DNA of 64,000 nucleotides from Candidatus Latescibacterota bacterium (GTDB lineage Bacteria > Latescibacterota > UBA2968 > UBA8231). The notes under the pieces were generated by a model. It did no database searches, was not told the DNA's origin, and was given only the letters and a program-made list of their open reading frames with translations. Below are positions 11,591-21,683 of the stretch, one piece after another (position 1 is the first letter of the stretch; every line of letters starts with the position of its first letter). Where the stretch lies: the NCBI GenBank assembly GCA_965197905.1, contig CBDAOB010000004.1, positions 1-64,000 of the forward strand. Reading direction: 5' to 3'. The position numbers were made by a program, and so were the translations under genes.

Positions 11591-11694
11591 AGATATCTCT
11601 CGCGAGGACGTGCGGGCATTTAGGGAGCGACACCGCGAAGCTTTCACGGGCGTCCTGACCGGCGAGTAGCGGGCGCAACTGGAGGCACGGAAGG

Positions 11695-12141
11695 ATGAAC
11701 GGAGACGGGTCGGGCGGGGTGGCGCGCTTGATGCGATTGGAGCTCGGCGGCGGCGACCAGCAGGCACAGCTGCAAGCTCTGCGCAGACGGCACCGGCAGC
11801 AGATGGAAAAATTGAAGGCCTCCGGCGACGTTGCCAGAGAGCAGGTACGAGCCCTTCGCGAGCAGTACCGTGAGGCGTTTCAGGCGGTGCTGACCGAGGA
11901 GCAACGCGCGCAGCTGGAAGAATTGCGGGCAGAGCGCGAGAGCCAGGGTGAACTCCGCGGCAGATTCGGGAGGCGCGGATGGAAAGGCCGGAGTAGCGCG
12001 TCCGGCGGCGATGGCGGAGAGACCGGAGGCGGACCGGTGACGGCAACCGGCCTGAATTCCCCAGCCGGTGATGCGGCAACGGCTGGGGAGCAGACGACCT
12101 GGGACCAGGTGAAAGCCGGCGAGGCCGACGAGCAAGAATAA
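11695..12141 (+). CDS. Spy/CpxP-like helical-repeat protein, probably 5'-truncated, with C-terminal TTWDQVK motif
   Basis: VLTEEQRAQL (LTxxQ) motif, an earlier degenerate VLTGE copy upstream, C-terminal TW-x-x-VK. Confidence 0.55.
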   Translation: MNGDGSGGVARLMRLELGGGDQQAQLQALRRRHRQQMEKLKASGDVAREQVRALREQYREAFQAVLTEEQRAQLEELRAERESQGELRGRFGRRGWKGRSSASGGDGGETGGGPVTATGLNSPAGDAATAGEQTTWDQVKAGEADEQE

Positions 12142-12183
12142 CCGCTATCCGCACTTTCCCCTCTTACCGTCGGGAACAACAGC

Positions 12184-12221
12184 AAAAGGCCGCACCCGGA
12201 ACAGAGGGTGCGGCCTTTCTT
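12184..12221. terminator. Bidirectional intrinsic terminator
   Basis: aaaggccgcaccc-8nt-gggtgcggccttt hairpin with A/T tails, between a + strand gene and the trailer end of the - strand CRISPR array. Confidence 0.75.
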
Positions 12222-12261
12222 GTATCGGTTTCTCAGGCTTACAGGTTACGGCTGAATCACC

Positions 12262-13736
12262 GCTTCGTGTCCCAACAACGCCCCCGGAAATTTTTACTTC
12301 GACCGGCCCATCGTGCCGCATCATCATTTGCTTCAATGAGGCCGGGGCAACAACGCCCCGGAAATCAGCGACCTGCGGGACTATCGCGTTGCCGTAGGCG
12401 CGGCTTCAATGAGGCCGGGCAACAACGCCCCGGAAATCAGCGACCTGCGGGACTATCGCGTTGCCGTAGGCGCGGCTTCAATGAGGCCGGGCAACAACGC
12501 CCCGGAAATTGTACCGCTGACAACTTTTACTTGCAGATAAGTCGTTGTGGCAGCTTCAATGAGGCCGGGGCAACAACGCCCCGGAAATATGCGATACACG
12601 CATCGAAATTGGCTCACGGGACAGAGCTTCAATGAGGCCGGGGCAACAACGCCCCGGAAATCAGCCGTGTCGGTCTCGAAAAAGGCTCCGTCACCCATTT
12701 GCTTCAATGAGGCCGGGGCAACAACGCCCCGGAAATCTTGTCCTGTTTTTACCGGGCCAACCGCTCGTCCCGTGGCTTCAATGAGGCCGGGGCAACAACG
12801 CCCCGGAAATGCCACTGCTCCACGCCGGCCGGCTCCATCCGCGCTTCCGCTTCAATGAGGCCGGGGCAACAACGCCCCGGAAATTGTCCCGGAGGCGGCT
12901 ACACGTGGGAACCGACCCTGGAGGGCTTCAATGAGGCCGGGGCAACAACGCCCCGGAAATGGCGAGAACAGGTTGCCCGCTCGCCGGTCGTTGCGTTGCA
13001 CGTGCTTCAATGAGGCCGGGGCAACAACGCCCCGGAAATGTCGTAGAACAGGGATGCCGCAAGACCGGAGCCTGCAAGGCTTCAATGAGGCCGGGGCAAC
13101 AACGCCCCGGAAATGAAGCACCGTGTCCGTGAACACCGCCCCTGCGTCGTTGCTTCAATGAGGCCGGGGCAACAACGCCCCGGAAATCGACCACTACCAT
13201 CTCGTCGTGACGCCTACGGGCAACGCTTCAATGAGGCCGGGGCAACAACGCCCCGGAAATGTCTGCAGATAGCGCCTAGTGCCCTCGCGGTTCTCCGTGC
13301 TTCAATGAGGCCGGGGCAACAACGCCCCGGAAATGTGATGATGATCGAGATGGGCTTATCTTCATCGTCGTTGCTTCAATGAGGCCGGGGCAACAACGCC
13401 CCGGAAATCATCTACACCGGAGTGGCGCTCGTCACCAAGCAAGTCCAGGCTTCAATGAGGCCGGGGCAACAACGCCCCGGAAAGCGGCAGCAGCGCGTGG
13501 CGATAGTAGAGCGAAGCCTCTGCATGCTTCAATGAGGCCGGGGCAACAACGCCCCGGAAAAGTCCAGGGCGCCGTGTTGTATCTCGGGGCGCCGACTCCA
13601 AGGCTTCAATGAGGCCGGGGCAACAACGCCCCGGAAATCGCCCCCGCGCGAAGCCTGATTTATGCTTCTGACTGAACAAAAGGGCCGGAAGGTCATGACT
13701 GCTTCAATGAGGCCGGGGCAACAACGCCCCGGAAAT
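12262..13736 (-). CRISPR. CRISPR array, type I-G-like repeat ATTTCCGGGGCGTTGTTGCCCCGGCCTCATTGAAGC (36 bp); 19 repeats plus 1 degenerate trailer repeat, 19 spacers
   Basis: Repeats start (+ strand) at 12330, 12403, 12475, 12553, 12626, 12701, 12775, 12849, 12925, 13004, 13079, 13152, 13225, 13299, 13373, 13449, 13526, 13603, 13701; degenerate copy 12262-12291. Spacers 37-43 bp except one of 62 bp. CCGGGGC/GCCCCGG hairpin and ATTGAAGC 3' handle. Confidence 0.98.
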
Positions 13737-13945
13737 GGCCACTTCGGATGTCCTTGTGCAACTTGGGTTTTCCAGGCATTCTGCGAGCGCTACACTCCGT
13801 TGGTCTCCCAGAGTTCAACTGTTCCCCTAAACGCATAATCATAGTAGACCTATCTCCTTGTAGTACATAGAAAAACCGCAATGCGAGGGCTACCGGCGAT
13901 TTTCCCTTCACCGGAGCGCTCGCCGGGAACATGGCGAAGCCCCCG
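13737..13945 (-). promoter_or_regulatory. CRISPR leader
   Basis: Non-coding, lower-GC stretch between cas2 and the first intact repeat, with recurring tgcgagcgct / tgcgagggct / gagcgctcgc motifs. Confidence 0.75.
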
Positions 13946-14239
13946 CTAGACAATTGTGGCCTGCCGGGTCGGCGCCTCATATGTCTTGCCAAGACTTTCT
14001 ACAAGGGGATCGACCCGGTCGGCAGGCCCCAAGTCCACGATCAGGATATGGTCTTCCGCCAACGCGATCAAATCTTCCAAACGCGCGGTCATCTCGGCGC
14101 GCCGCCGGGCGGTCAGCCGGCACTGGAAGACCGACAACTGCAGCCAGTGGCCGTAACCTTTCATCACCTTGAACACGCGGCGCCAACGTTTCGGTTCGGC
14201 TATGTCGTAGGCGACGATGTAGAGACGCTCGTTGGCCAT
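13946..14239 (-). CDS. cas2: CRISPR-associated endonuclease Cas2
   Basis: YIVAYDIAEPKRWRRV..MKGYG.WLQLSVFQC. Confidence 0.97.
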   Translation of the reverse strand: MANERLYIVAYDIAEPKRWRRVFKVMKGYGHWLQLSVFQCRLTARRRAEMTARLEDLIALAEDHILIVDLGPADRVDPLVESLGKTYEAPTRQATIV

Positions 14240-14244
14240 ATCGG

Positions 14245-15957
14245 CTAGCGGGGAAGATAGTGCGGATAGGGGACGATCTCGCCCTGCAGATGGCGCGCGA
14301 GCAACCGGGCCTGCACCTCGATCAGCCGCCGCATGGAGACGCGGTAGCCGAAAAGCGAATGGGTGGTTTCCTGCTCCATACGGCGCTCAAAGGCAGCGAT
14401 GAAGGCCTTGCGGCCGCCGGGCTTCAGCGAACAGGCAGGTCCGTTGAATACGAAATCGCCCGGTTTGACCTCGCCGTTATTGATGGCCTGGATTACGCAG
14501 GAGTCCGCGACGATGGGCCGGAACGGCTCCATCAGATCGAGGGCCAGCGCCGGGCGGCCGTGGCGCGGGCGATGGTAGAGGCCCATGTAGGGGTCCAGCC
14601 CGGTCGTCGAGATCGTCGTCGTGAAAACCCGTGTCAACAAGGCGTAGGCCAGCGACAGCATCGCGTTCACCGGGTCGGTAGGCGGGCGCCGGTTGCGCTT
14701 TGAGAAGGAGAACCCGGCCATGTCCTCTTTCGCACCCGCCGCGAGCATGTTCTCAAAGCAGGCGAAATAGATCGCCGCGGCCTCTCCCTCAACGCCCAGC
14801 AGTTGACGGTCGTCCTGGGCGCGGGACACCCGCTGGACGATTCGCTTCAGCCGGACCAGGACTTCGTTCTTGGCCTCCGCGTCCCGATCGACGCGCCAGT
14901 TGCGGCGCAACATCGTGCGGGCGTTGCGCACCTTCGCCGCCACCAGGTCGCGAGCAAAGGAGAGGCTGCTGCGCTCGTCAAAGGCGGTTCGATACTGCGC
15001 CTCGCGCACAGCCACATTGCCATTGCCAGTGCCGACGGTGTGGCCGAGGAACCATCCTCCGGTGGAAAACCACGACACCGGAATCTCGGCGCGCATCAGC
15101 GCGTGCAGGGCCGGCGTGGTCACCGAGACCGGACCGAACAGAGAGACTTGGGAAACGTCGATCACGGGTACTTCCACGGTCTCTTCTTCGGTCTCCACCA
15201 CCAAGCGCTCGCCGCTTTTGCGCAGCCGCGCCCCCGGCGTTTGTACGTAGAGCGGAAGAGCCGGATCGTCGGAGGGGTTCAGGGGACGCGGCGGATACCC
15301 CTTGCGGAACAGGTTGGTCTCGTCCGGCAGGCAGATTCCGGCCAGCGAACAGCGCGGGCATTTGGGGCTGTTCTCGAGCGGTGGAGGCCGGCGACCCGCG
15401 GCCGCGGCGGAGCGCAGACCCGCAATCGCCTCCATGGTTCTGGCGCGGAGCTCAGCGTCCAGAACGACCTGCACTCGCTCGCGTGAGCCGGCGTACCAGA
15501 GCATGCCCTGCTCGACCTTGTAGCCATTGTCCTCGAGGATCAGGGCCTGGGTGCAGAGCTGAACGCGCTCAGGTTCGTAGGCGCCGGCGGCGACGTGGGG
15601 CCGCTTGCCCTTCTTGAAGTCCACGGGCATCGCAATGCCCTCGTCGGCTTCCACGACGTCCATCTTGGCGATTACGCCGAGACGCTCCGATGACATGGTA
15701 ACAGCCCGGGCCCGGGCCATCTCCGCGCCAAGCTCGTCTGGCTCCGGCAGACGGCCCCCGCCCTCATCGACCCGGACATGGGCACGCCGCCCCTCGGCCG
15801 TGTCTCCGCTCTCGGCCCACTCGCCTTCCACCCATTCCAGATAGGCGAGACGGGGGCAGTAGACCCATTCGTTGACCATGCGGGCCGGGACGAGCAGTGT
15901 GTTCGCGTCGGCCGGTGGCGGAGGAATGGCGAGCGTGAGTTGGCGGTCGTGGGTCAT
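14245..15957 (-). CDS. cas1: Cas4-Cas1 fusion (type I-G adaptation)
   Basis: Cas4: YCPR, KMDVVE, PVDFKKG, CPRCSLAGIC; Cas1: GVEGEAA, RNRRPPTDPVNAMLS, LALDLMEPFRP. Start placed at ATG 15957 (MTHDRQL). Confidence 0.96.
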   Translation of the reverse strand: MTHDRQLTLAIPPPPADANTLLVPARMVNEWVYCPRLAYLEWVEGEWAESGDTAEGRRAHVRVDEGGGRLPEPDELGAEMARARAVTMSSERLGVIAKMDVVEADEGIAMPVDFKKGKRPHVAAGAYEPERVQLCTQALILEDNGYKVEQGMLWYAGSRERVQVVLDAELRARTMEAIAGLRSAAAAGRRPPPLENSPKCPRCSLAGICLPDETNLFRKGYPPRPLNPSDDPALPLYVQTPGARLRKSGERLVVETEEETVEVPVIDVSQVSLFGPVSVTTPALHALMRAEIPVSWFSTGGWFLGHTVGTGNGNVAVREAQYRTAFDERSSLSFARDLVAAKVRNARTMLRRNWRVDRDAEAKNEVLVRLKRIVQRVSRAQDDRQLLGVEGEAAAIYFACFENMLAAGAKEDMAGFSFSKRNRRPPTDPVNAMLSLAYALLTRVFTTTISTTGLDPYMGLYHRPRHGRPALALDLMEPFRPIVADSCVIQAINNGEVKPGDFVFNGPACSLKPGGRKAFIAAFERRMEQETTHSLFGYRVSMRRLIEVQARLLARHLQGEIVPYPHYLPR

Positions 15958-16019
15958 GCGATGGGTGAGGTGGCCACTGGCCGTGGTTTTACATTTGCAC
16001 ACACATCATTTTGATGTAT

Positions 16020-16100
16020 GCCATTCTGCCAAGCGAAGGGTGGCGTTGCTCCACAACTCGGCGAAGAACGCGGGGAAGTCTTCGCGCTCCAGCCTGCCAC
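16020..16100 (-). pseudogene. Relic of a cas3 5' end
   Basis: ctgccaagcgaagggtgg (16026-16043) is identical to 21603-21620; translates as LEREDFPAFFAELWSN/PPFAWQ vs Cas3 LSSTDFAEFFGKLWDKPPFAWQ. Confidence 0.8.
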
Positions 16101-16122
16101 CGCTTCGTGCGCGTCCCGACGC

Positions 16123-17670
16123 TCAAGCTCGCTCGACCTCAAAGGCCGCCAAGTTTCGCGCGTCCTTGCTGAACTCCACAGCGACCAGGTAAATCGGCTG
16201 GCCCAGGCCGCGGTACTTGTCGGCGTAGCGCTTCTCCTTCAATTGCGCCATCGCCGCGCCCTCCGGCGTCATCTCGACCACCTTGAACTCGAACAGGTAG
16301 ACGTTGCCGTTGAAGCGAACCGCCATGTCCAGGCGGCCGTGGCTGCTGCTGTCCTCCACCGCGATGTCCAGCCCCAGCGCCGCGAAATAGGAGTAGAACA
16401 CGCTCGCGTAGTAACCCTCGTACCCGGCGATGTCGTTGTTGGTGTACCACTCGTAGGGAATGCCGGCGAAGAACGCCTGAAACAGCGTCTCGAGCCCGGT
16501 GAAATCGTTGGCCTCCAGCAGCCGGTAGAGCCGGACGCTGTTCGCCATCTGGCGCGACGCGTCCTTCACCAGGTAGCGCAGCAGGCTTCTGTTCAGACTC
16601 TGGCGCACCTCCCGGTTGGGATAGCCCAGCCGATAGAGGGGCTCGCCGCCAAGATCCTCCTCGTCCGTGATGGTGAGGTAGCCGGTCTGGAACAGCAGCG
16701 CCTCCGTCGCCATGTCGTCCACGTCGAACGCGGACAACAAGTCGCTGCTGCCGACCAAGTCGTCCAGGGCCAGGGAACTCACTTGCCGCTGGAACAGGGT
16801 TTCGACCAGGAACGCCGGCGTGCCGGTTTCAAACCACCAGGCACCGAACTTGCGCTTGTCGAAGAGCAACAGGATGTCGAAGGGGTTGTACACCTTCTCC
16901 TCGCCCAGCCAACTGTAGCCGTTGTACCAGTCGCGGATCTGGCCCCGGTCGAGGCCCGGGAGCTCCGGCGCGAACACCGCGTCCAGGTCCGCGTCGGTGT
17001 AGCCGCAGATGGCCGAGTAGCGCGCGTCCAAGGTGATGTCCTTGAGGTTGTTGAGGCCGGAGAACAGGCTGACCTTGGAGAATTTGCTCACCCCGGTGAG
17101 AAAGGTGAAACGGATGTGCGCGTCTGAAAACTTCACGGTCGAATACAGACCTCGCAGAAAGTCGCGATTGGCGCGGGCGATCTCCGGTGCGTCCAGTGCG
17201 TCCAGGATCGGCTTGTCGTACTCGTCCACGAGTACCGCAACGCGCCGACCGGTACGCTCGTGCAGCGCTTTCATCAAGTGGCGAAAGCGGGGGGGCGCGG
17301 CGTCATCGCGAGGGATGATCTCCGCTTCGTCCTCCAGGGCGTTCAATTGCGCCGTCACTTCCTTCCGCAAGTCGTCCGGCCCCTGGTAGTTGCCGCTGCT
17401 GAAGTCGAGGCGCAGCACGGGATGGCGAACCGACCAGTCCCAGTGGTCGTGGATGTCCAGCCCCTCGAACAGCGGTTCGTTGCCCTCGAACAGCTCCTTG
17501 CACGTGTCGAGGAAGAGGCTCTTGCCGAAGCGCCGCGGCCGCGACAGGAAGTAGTGCTTGCCCTCGTCTAGCAGCCGGCGGATGTAGGCGGTTTTGTCGA
17601 CGTAGTAGCAGTCCTGCTCGCGGAGCTCGCGGAAGGTCTGCATGCCGATGGGCAGTCTGCGTTTTTTCAT
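16123..17670 (-). CDS. AAA-ATPase-like protein with C-terminal PD-(D/E)XK nuclease domain
   Basis: LPIGMQTF, YVDKT, SRPRRFGKS (Walker A), LVDEYDKP (Walker B), WYNGY, GRLDM..YLFEFK..AMAQL..KRY. Confidence 0.92.
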   Translation of the reverse strand: MKKRRLPIGMQTFRELREQDCYYVDKTAYIRRLLDEGKHYFLSRPRRFGKSLFLDTCKELFEGNEPLFEGLDIHDHWDWSVRHPVLRLDFSSGNYQGPDDLRKEVTAQLNALEDEAEIIPRDDAAPPRFRHLMKALHERTGRRVAVLVDEYDKPILDALDAPEIARANRDFLRGLYSTVKFSDAHIRFTFLTGVSKFSKVSLFSGLNNLKDITLDARYSAICGYTDADLDAVFAPELPGLDRGQIRDWYNGYSWLGEEKVYNPFDILLLFDKRKFGAWWFETGTPAFLVETLFQRQVSSLALDDLVGSSDLLSAFDVDDMATEALLFQTGYLTITDEEDLGGEPLYRLGYPNREVRQSLNRSLLRYLVKDASRQMANSVRLYRLLEANDFTGLETLFQAFFAGIPYEWYTNNDIAGYEGYYASVFYSYFAALGLDIAVEDSSSHGRLDMAVRFNGNVYLFEFKVVEMTPEGAAMAQLKEKRYADKYRGLGQPIYLVAVEFSKDARNLAAFEVERA

Positions 17671-17761
17671 GGGGGCGCGTTACTCCGATCAGGGAGGACC
17701 AACCGGGTCGGTGTCGAAAGCTCGCGGCGGACAGGGCGAGGGGTGAGTTGGCGGTCGCGGG

Positions 17762-18694
17762 TCATGCAGGTACGGCAGGTGTGAAATTGCGATATTTGTC
17801 CCTGGTAATTCGCTGACTCCGGTAAATCTCGATAACTCCTCTCGCTAAAAGACTCTTGCGATCCGGACGGGGCTTTTGCAACTCGGCCAAGCTGAGCAGT
17901 GACCGCACGGCGTCAATACTCAAGGGCACTTCCCAGATCGGCCATGTGAACAGCACACCTTCGCCACGGCGCTGCGAAAAGCCGGTCGTATGCAGGTGCC
18001 GTTCCCCAGGTGCGGTAGGGAAAAGGGGCAGCGCTTCTACGGCGAGACGATTGGCGCCACGCACCGTACGCACTGGATCGCCCGAAGGTTCCTTCCAACG
18101 CAGCGCGTACCTGCGGTCGTCCAAAGGATCCCAGCGCAGACTCGGCTTGGGGTCTGAATATTGCCACGGCTCAAACAGGGAAGCGTGCAAATGATCAGGT
18201 TTGGTGTTTCCCACCAGTTCTCGCATGGAGCCGATGAAGTGCTGATGTCCTGCTCCGCTCATGGTTCGTAGCGCTGTGTCCTGAATACGAGAGTCTTTAG
18301 CGGAGATGGGGAGGCTATCGCAGCCAAAGGCGGCAATGAAATCTGCGTAATGACGATCGGTGAGATCCGCTGCGTTGCTGGCGGATTGAGCCACTTTTCG
18401 GAACTCCTCGCAGTTGATCGTCAGATCATCGGCAAACCCAAACGCATGATCGCCCTTCATCTCTGTTAGAGCGGGCATGAGTAGTTCGATCAAACCCTCC
18501 GCCGTAATCCCTGTGTCCCCAAGCAATACAGGGGACCAGTGCCCTCCTCTCACTTTCCAACTTACACGCCAGTCCGCCGATGAGTTTGCCTCAGTCGCAA
18601 TTCGCAAGGTACCAATGGCTGCGAGAAATCCGAGCGGATTACTGCCGTCGAGTCCGTTCAGCAAAAGACCTCGGGCTGATCCATTTGCCGTCAT
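17762..18694 (-). CDS. Type I-G Cas8g-like short large-subunit protein (Csb3/Csx17-related)
   Basis: LNGLDGSNPLGFLAAIG N-terminus, SGAGHQHF, LRWDP..RRYALRW..P, GANRLAVEALPLFP, FTWPIW; ATGA overlap with cas3 stop. Confidence 0.8.
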   Translation of the reverse strand: MTANGSARGLLLNGLDGSNPLGFLAAIGTLRIATEANSSADWRVSWKVRGGHWSPVLLGDTGITAEGLIELLMPALTEMKGDHAFGFADDLTINCEEFRKVAQSASNAADLTDRHYADFIAAFGCDSLPISAKDSRIQDTALRTMSGAGHQHFIGSMRELVGNTKPDHLHASLFEPWQYSDPKPSLRWDPLDDRRYALRWKEPSGDPVRTVRGANRLAVEALPLFPTAPGERHLHTTGFSQRRGEGVLFTWPIWEVPLSIDAVRSLLSLAELQKPRPDRKSLLARGVIEIYRSQRITRDKYRNFTPAVPA

Positions 18695-21683
18695 TGTGTC
18701 TCCTCCCGTTCGCTCTGCCGCCAATCAGCGAGTCGCAATAGGGCTTCCAGCCAAGCCAAGCCCCACCAGCCATAGCGTCGAACCAGCCGCCAGTAGCGAT
18801 CCGCGACGCCGGAGTCCAGGCGTTCAAGATTAGTAGGGCCGGACCAGTGCGGCCGTTGGTCGCGCAACTCGAAATCTACATCTACGCCCTGCTCGTCGAA
18901 TACCACCGGCGCGAACGGCCGACAGTGGCCGTGATGGCTGGCAATCAAATGAAGAACCAAGTCGCGCAGCTCATCGCTTTCGGGCAATAGAATGGGCGCG
19001 TTTTCGGCCATACGCACCGAAAGCAGTTCGTGCCGGCCTCCTTCCGGGTATCCGGAGTCCTTGCGGGCGAGATTGCGGGCAGCGCGGGTCTTGGGCATTC
19101 CAGCAGACTTGGCGAGAAGTTCTCCGCCGAACCAGCGATCGCCGCCCCGCAACAAAGACTGAAATCGAGGATCACTTTTGCCCAGATCGTGCAGCAACCC
19201 CGCGTGGGCGATGGTCTCAACCAAGTCTTCTGGCAAGCCGCAGCCCACGGCATGACGGCGGGCGAACGCTTCGACTCCGGGAAGGTGGGTTCGTAGTTTG
19301 ATGGGATGCCCGTTGCGGTGCGAAATGCCGGACGCGGAGGCATCGTCCTCGTCGCTGAAGCTGTCGGCTTGGTGGGCGAGTTTAGGTATGCGGCGGCGTC
19401 CGAGGAGGACGATACTTTTGTCGCCGACAACGCGATAGGCATGGTCCAGTCTGGAGCCGGAGTATTCTTTGCTCAACTCTTTTGCCGCTTCCGGCAACCA
19501 AGACCAGTCTTCCGGGAGCGGTTCCGAGGCGGCCAGCTCGGTCAGCAATTCCCTCAAGACATCACCAACCTCATGAGGGTCGTCATCGTATCTCCGTTCC
19601 AAACCATTTAGCAACTCTCCAGCAGCATCTTTAGCCGCTACACAATCTGGCCAAGCGTTCACCAGGGCCGGATGCAGGCGGAGGATGGGCTTGGCGCGGG
19701 CGAGCCGATAGGCGCGGTCACCCACGTCCAAGTCGGCGCCCGGCGGCAGGTCGCCAAGCTGATGCCGTGGGAGGGGATGGTTGGTCGGGATTACGATGAC
19801 GTCGCCGGGCCGGATCTTTGCGGGCTCCGATGTGATGTCTTCGAGTTTCGTTTCGGTCCCGAGCCACCGGATTACCTGGCGATCCGCAGGGGACGAACCT
19901 TCTTGGTCCATGTCGGCCTCTGTCCGACTGCCCTCCACGTCGGCGCTATCGTCGTCCGTGTCGTTTCCGGCCAACCAGCGTTTGAACATGCTGATCGGTA
20001 CCGGGAGCGTTTCGCTGCTGCTGGGCGGACACAAGGACAATGACTCAATCGCATGTTCCCGTGATTCTTCGTTCGTCAGATCCAGGTCGGCGCGCCAGCA
20101 GACTTGCACATCCGCCGCGCCTTCACGGGGTCCGTGCAGAAACGGAGCCACATCGGGCGAAGGTTGTGGTTCCGGCGCTGTCTGCGACCAGCAATCGACA
20201 TGGGCGGGAAGCATCACCGGGGCATTGACGGACGGCGCGTTGAGTGCGGCCAGGGAATCGCCCTTCGGCAACTTCACCTCGATATGAGCAATCCCGAAAT
20301 CGACCTCGCCATTTTCGTTTTTGCACCCGTTGAGCCAAGCCCAGGTATCGGTCAGGGCCTCGCCGTAAACAGGATCGTCCTGCTTTTTCTCGGCATCGGC
20401 TTGGTCGCCGCGTACGAGAATCACTGCTTGCGCCTCGAGCGGACGCCCCATGCGATTCAACCGGCCAAAGCGCTGGCGCAGGGCGTCGAGACTGGCGCAC
20501 TCAGTCACAAGACCATCGAAGTCGAGATCGGCCCCGACTTCCAAGGTTTGGGTGGCGACAACGATCAGCGGCCTTGCCAAATTACGCGCTTCAGAATGGC
20601 GGGATTGGAGCGGTTCCAATTGGTGCTGAACTATGGCGTCCTTGTCGACGGGACGCATCCGACCTGTCAGCAGTACGGCGTCAATGTCCTCTCGGCTGTG
20701 GAGCAAGCCATAGGTCGCCCGCGCCGTGGCAACGCGGTTGACGAACACTACGATAGCGCGTCGTTCATCGTTGACCAGTCCCGATGCAGCCTCGGCCAAG
20801 GCCCTGGCCAGCACGCTTGTGGCCTGCTTTCCCTTGGCTTTTTCGACCGCCTTCAAGATGGCGAGCTTATCCGCTAGTTGGCGCCGGCCTAGCGGATGGG
20901 CAGGATCGCGGCCTTCGTCGGATTGATCCTCGAATACATCCTCTATCCCAGGAGGCGGTGTGGCCGACATCACCACGGGATAAAATGGACGCCCGAGCGG
21001 AGCATGCGCCCATGTTTGGAAACGTCGAACCGCTTGCAGGGTCTGCAGAAACGGCTGTGCACAGTGCGCCTCGTCGAGCAGGATCAGGCTGTCGTTGGCG
21101 ACGAGTCCCGCGTAAATCGGCCAAGTGACGTGCCCGCGTCCATAGGCGCGGAACAACAAGCGGGAGCCGATCTGATCAACGGTCGAGGCCACCACCGTAG
21201 GTTGTAGCGGACTGCGAGCCCACGCTTCCGACCGGTACATGCCGCCGCGCAATACATGGCGGATAGCGGCCGTTCGTCTTCAGAGCAGGTCGTTTCACCG
21301 CCGGCAACCTGCCGGAGATTGTCCGCGATCGTCTTCAGAATGCCTTCCTCGGCACTCTCAAGTTTCTCTGCCAATCGGCAGGCGCGTTCATGCGCCTCAT
21401 CCACGATCACGCGCCGATCCACCACGAAGAAAATGCGGCGCGGCGCGGTGATGGTCTGCTTCCGGTCCAGCCGGGAAGCCTGGGCAGCTAACGCGAAGAT
21501 CGCGATATCCAGACACGCGGTTTTGCCGGATGCTGTCGGCAAGGCGATAGCCTCGGGCCAGGGAGCTTCTGCTCGTTCCAGTATTCTATCCGCCAATGCC
21601 TGCTGCCAAGCGAAGGGTGGTTTGTCCCACAACTTGCCGAAGAACTCGGCGAAGTCTGTACTGCTCAGCTCGACGTTACCCAC
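18691..21683 (-). CDS. cas3: Type I-G Cas3 helicase with C-terminal HD nuclease; one frameshift near 21255
   Basis: PFAWQ, LPTASGKT, STVDQIGSRLLFR, DEAH, MSAT, QRFGRLNR; C-terminal LHDLGK, RHE, HLIASHHG, LRLADW. Confidence 0.93.

Noticed and set aside
12510..12552. Spacer sharing tgtaccgctg with 33957-33966 (self-targeting?)
   Set aside because: Only 10 nt, at the PAM-distal end. I saw no full self-match for any spacer, though I could not search exhaustively.
12267..13992. Many short ORFs with repeated MRPGQQRPGN / FNEAGATTPRK peptides
   Set aside because: Translations of CRISPR repeats.
16018..17127. Long antisense ORFs (also 148-963, 2222-3166, 14700-15617, 42286-43170, 48506-49360)
   Set aside because: Shadow frames of well-supported genes in high-GC DNA.
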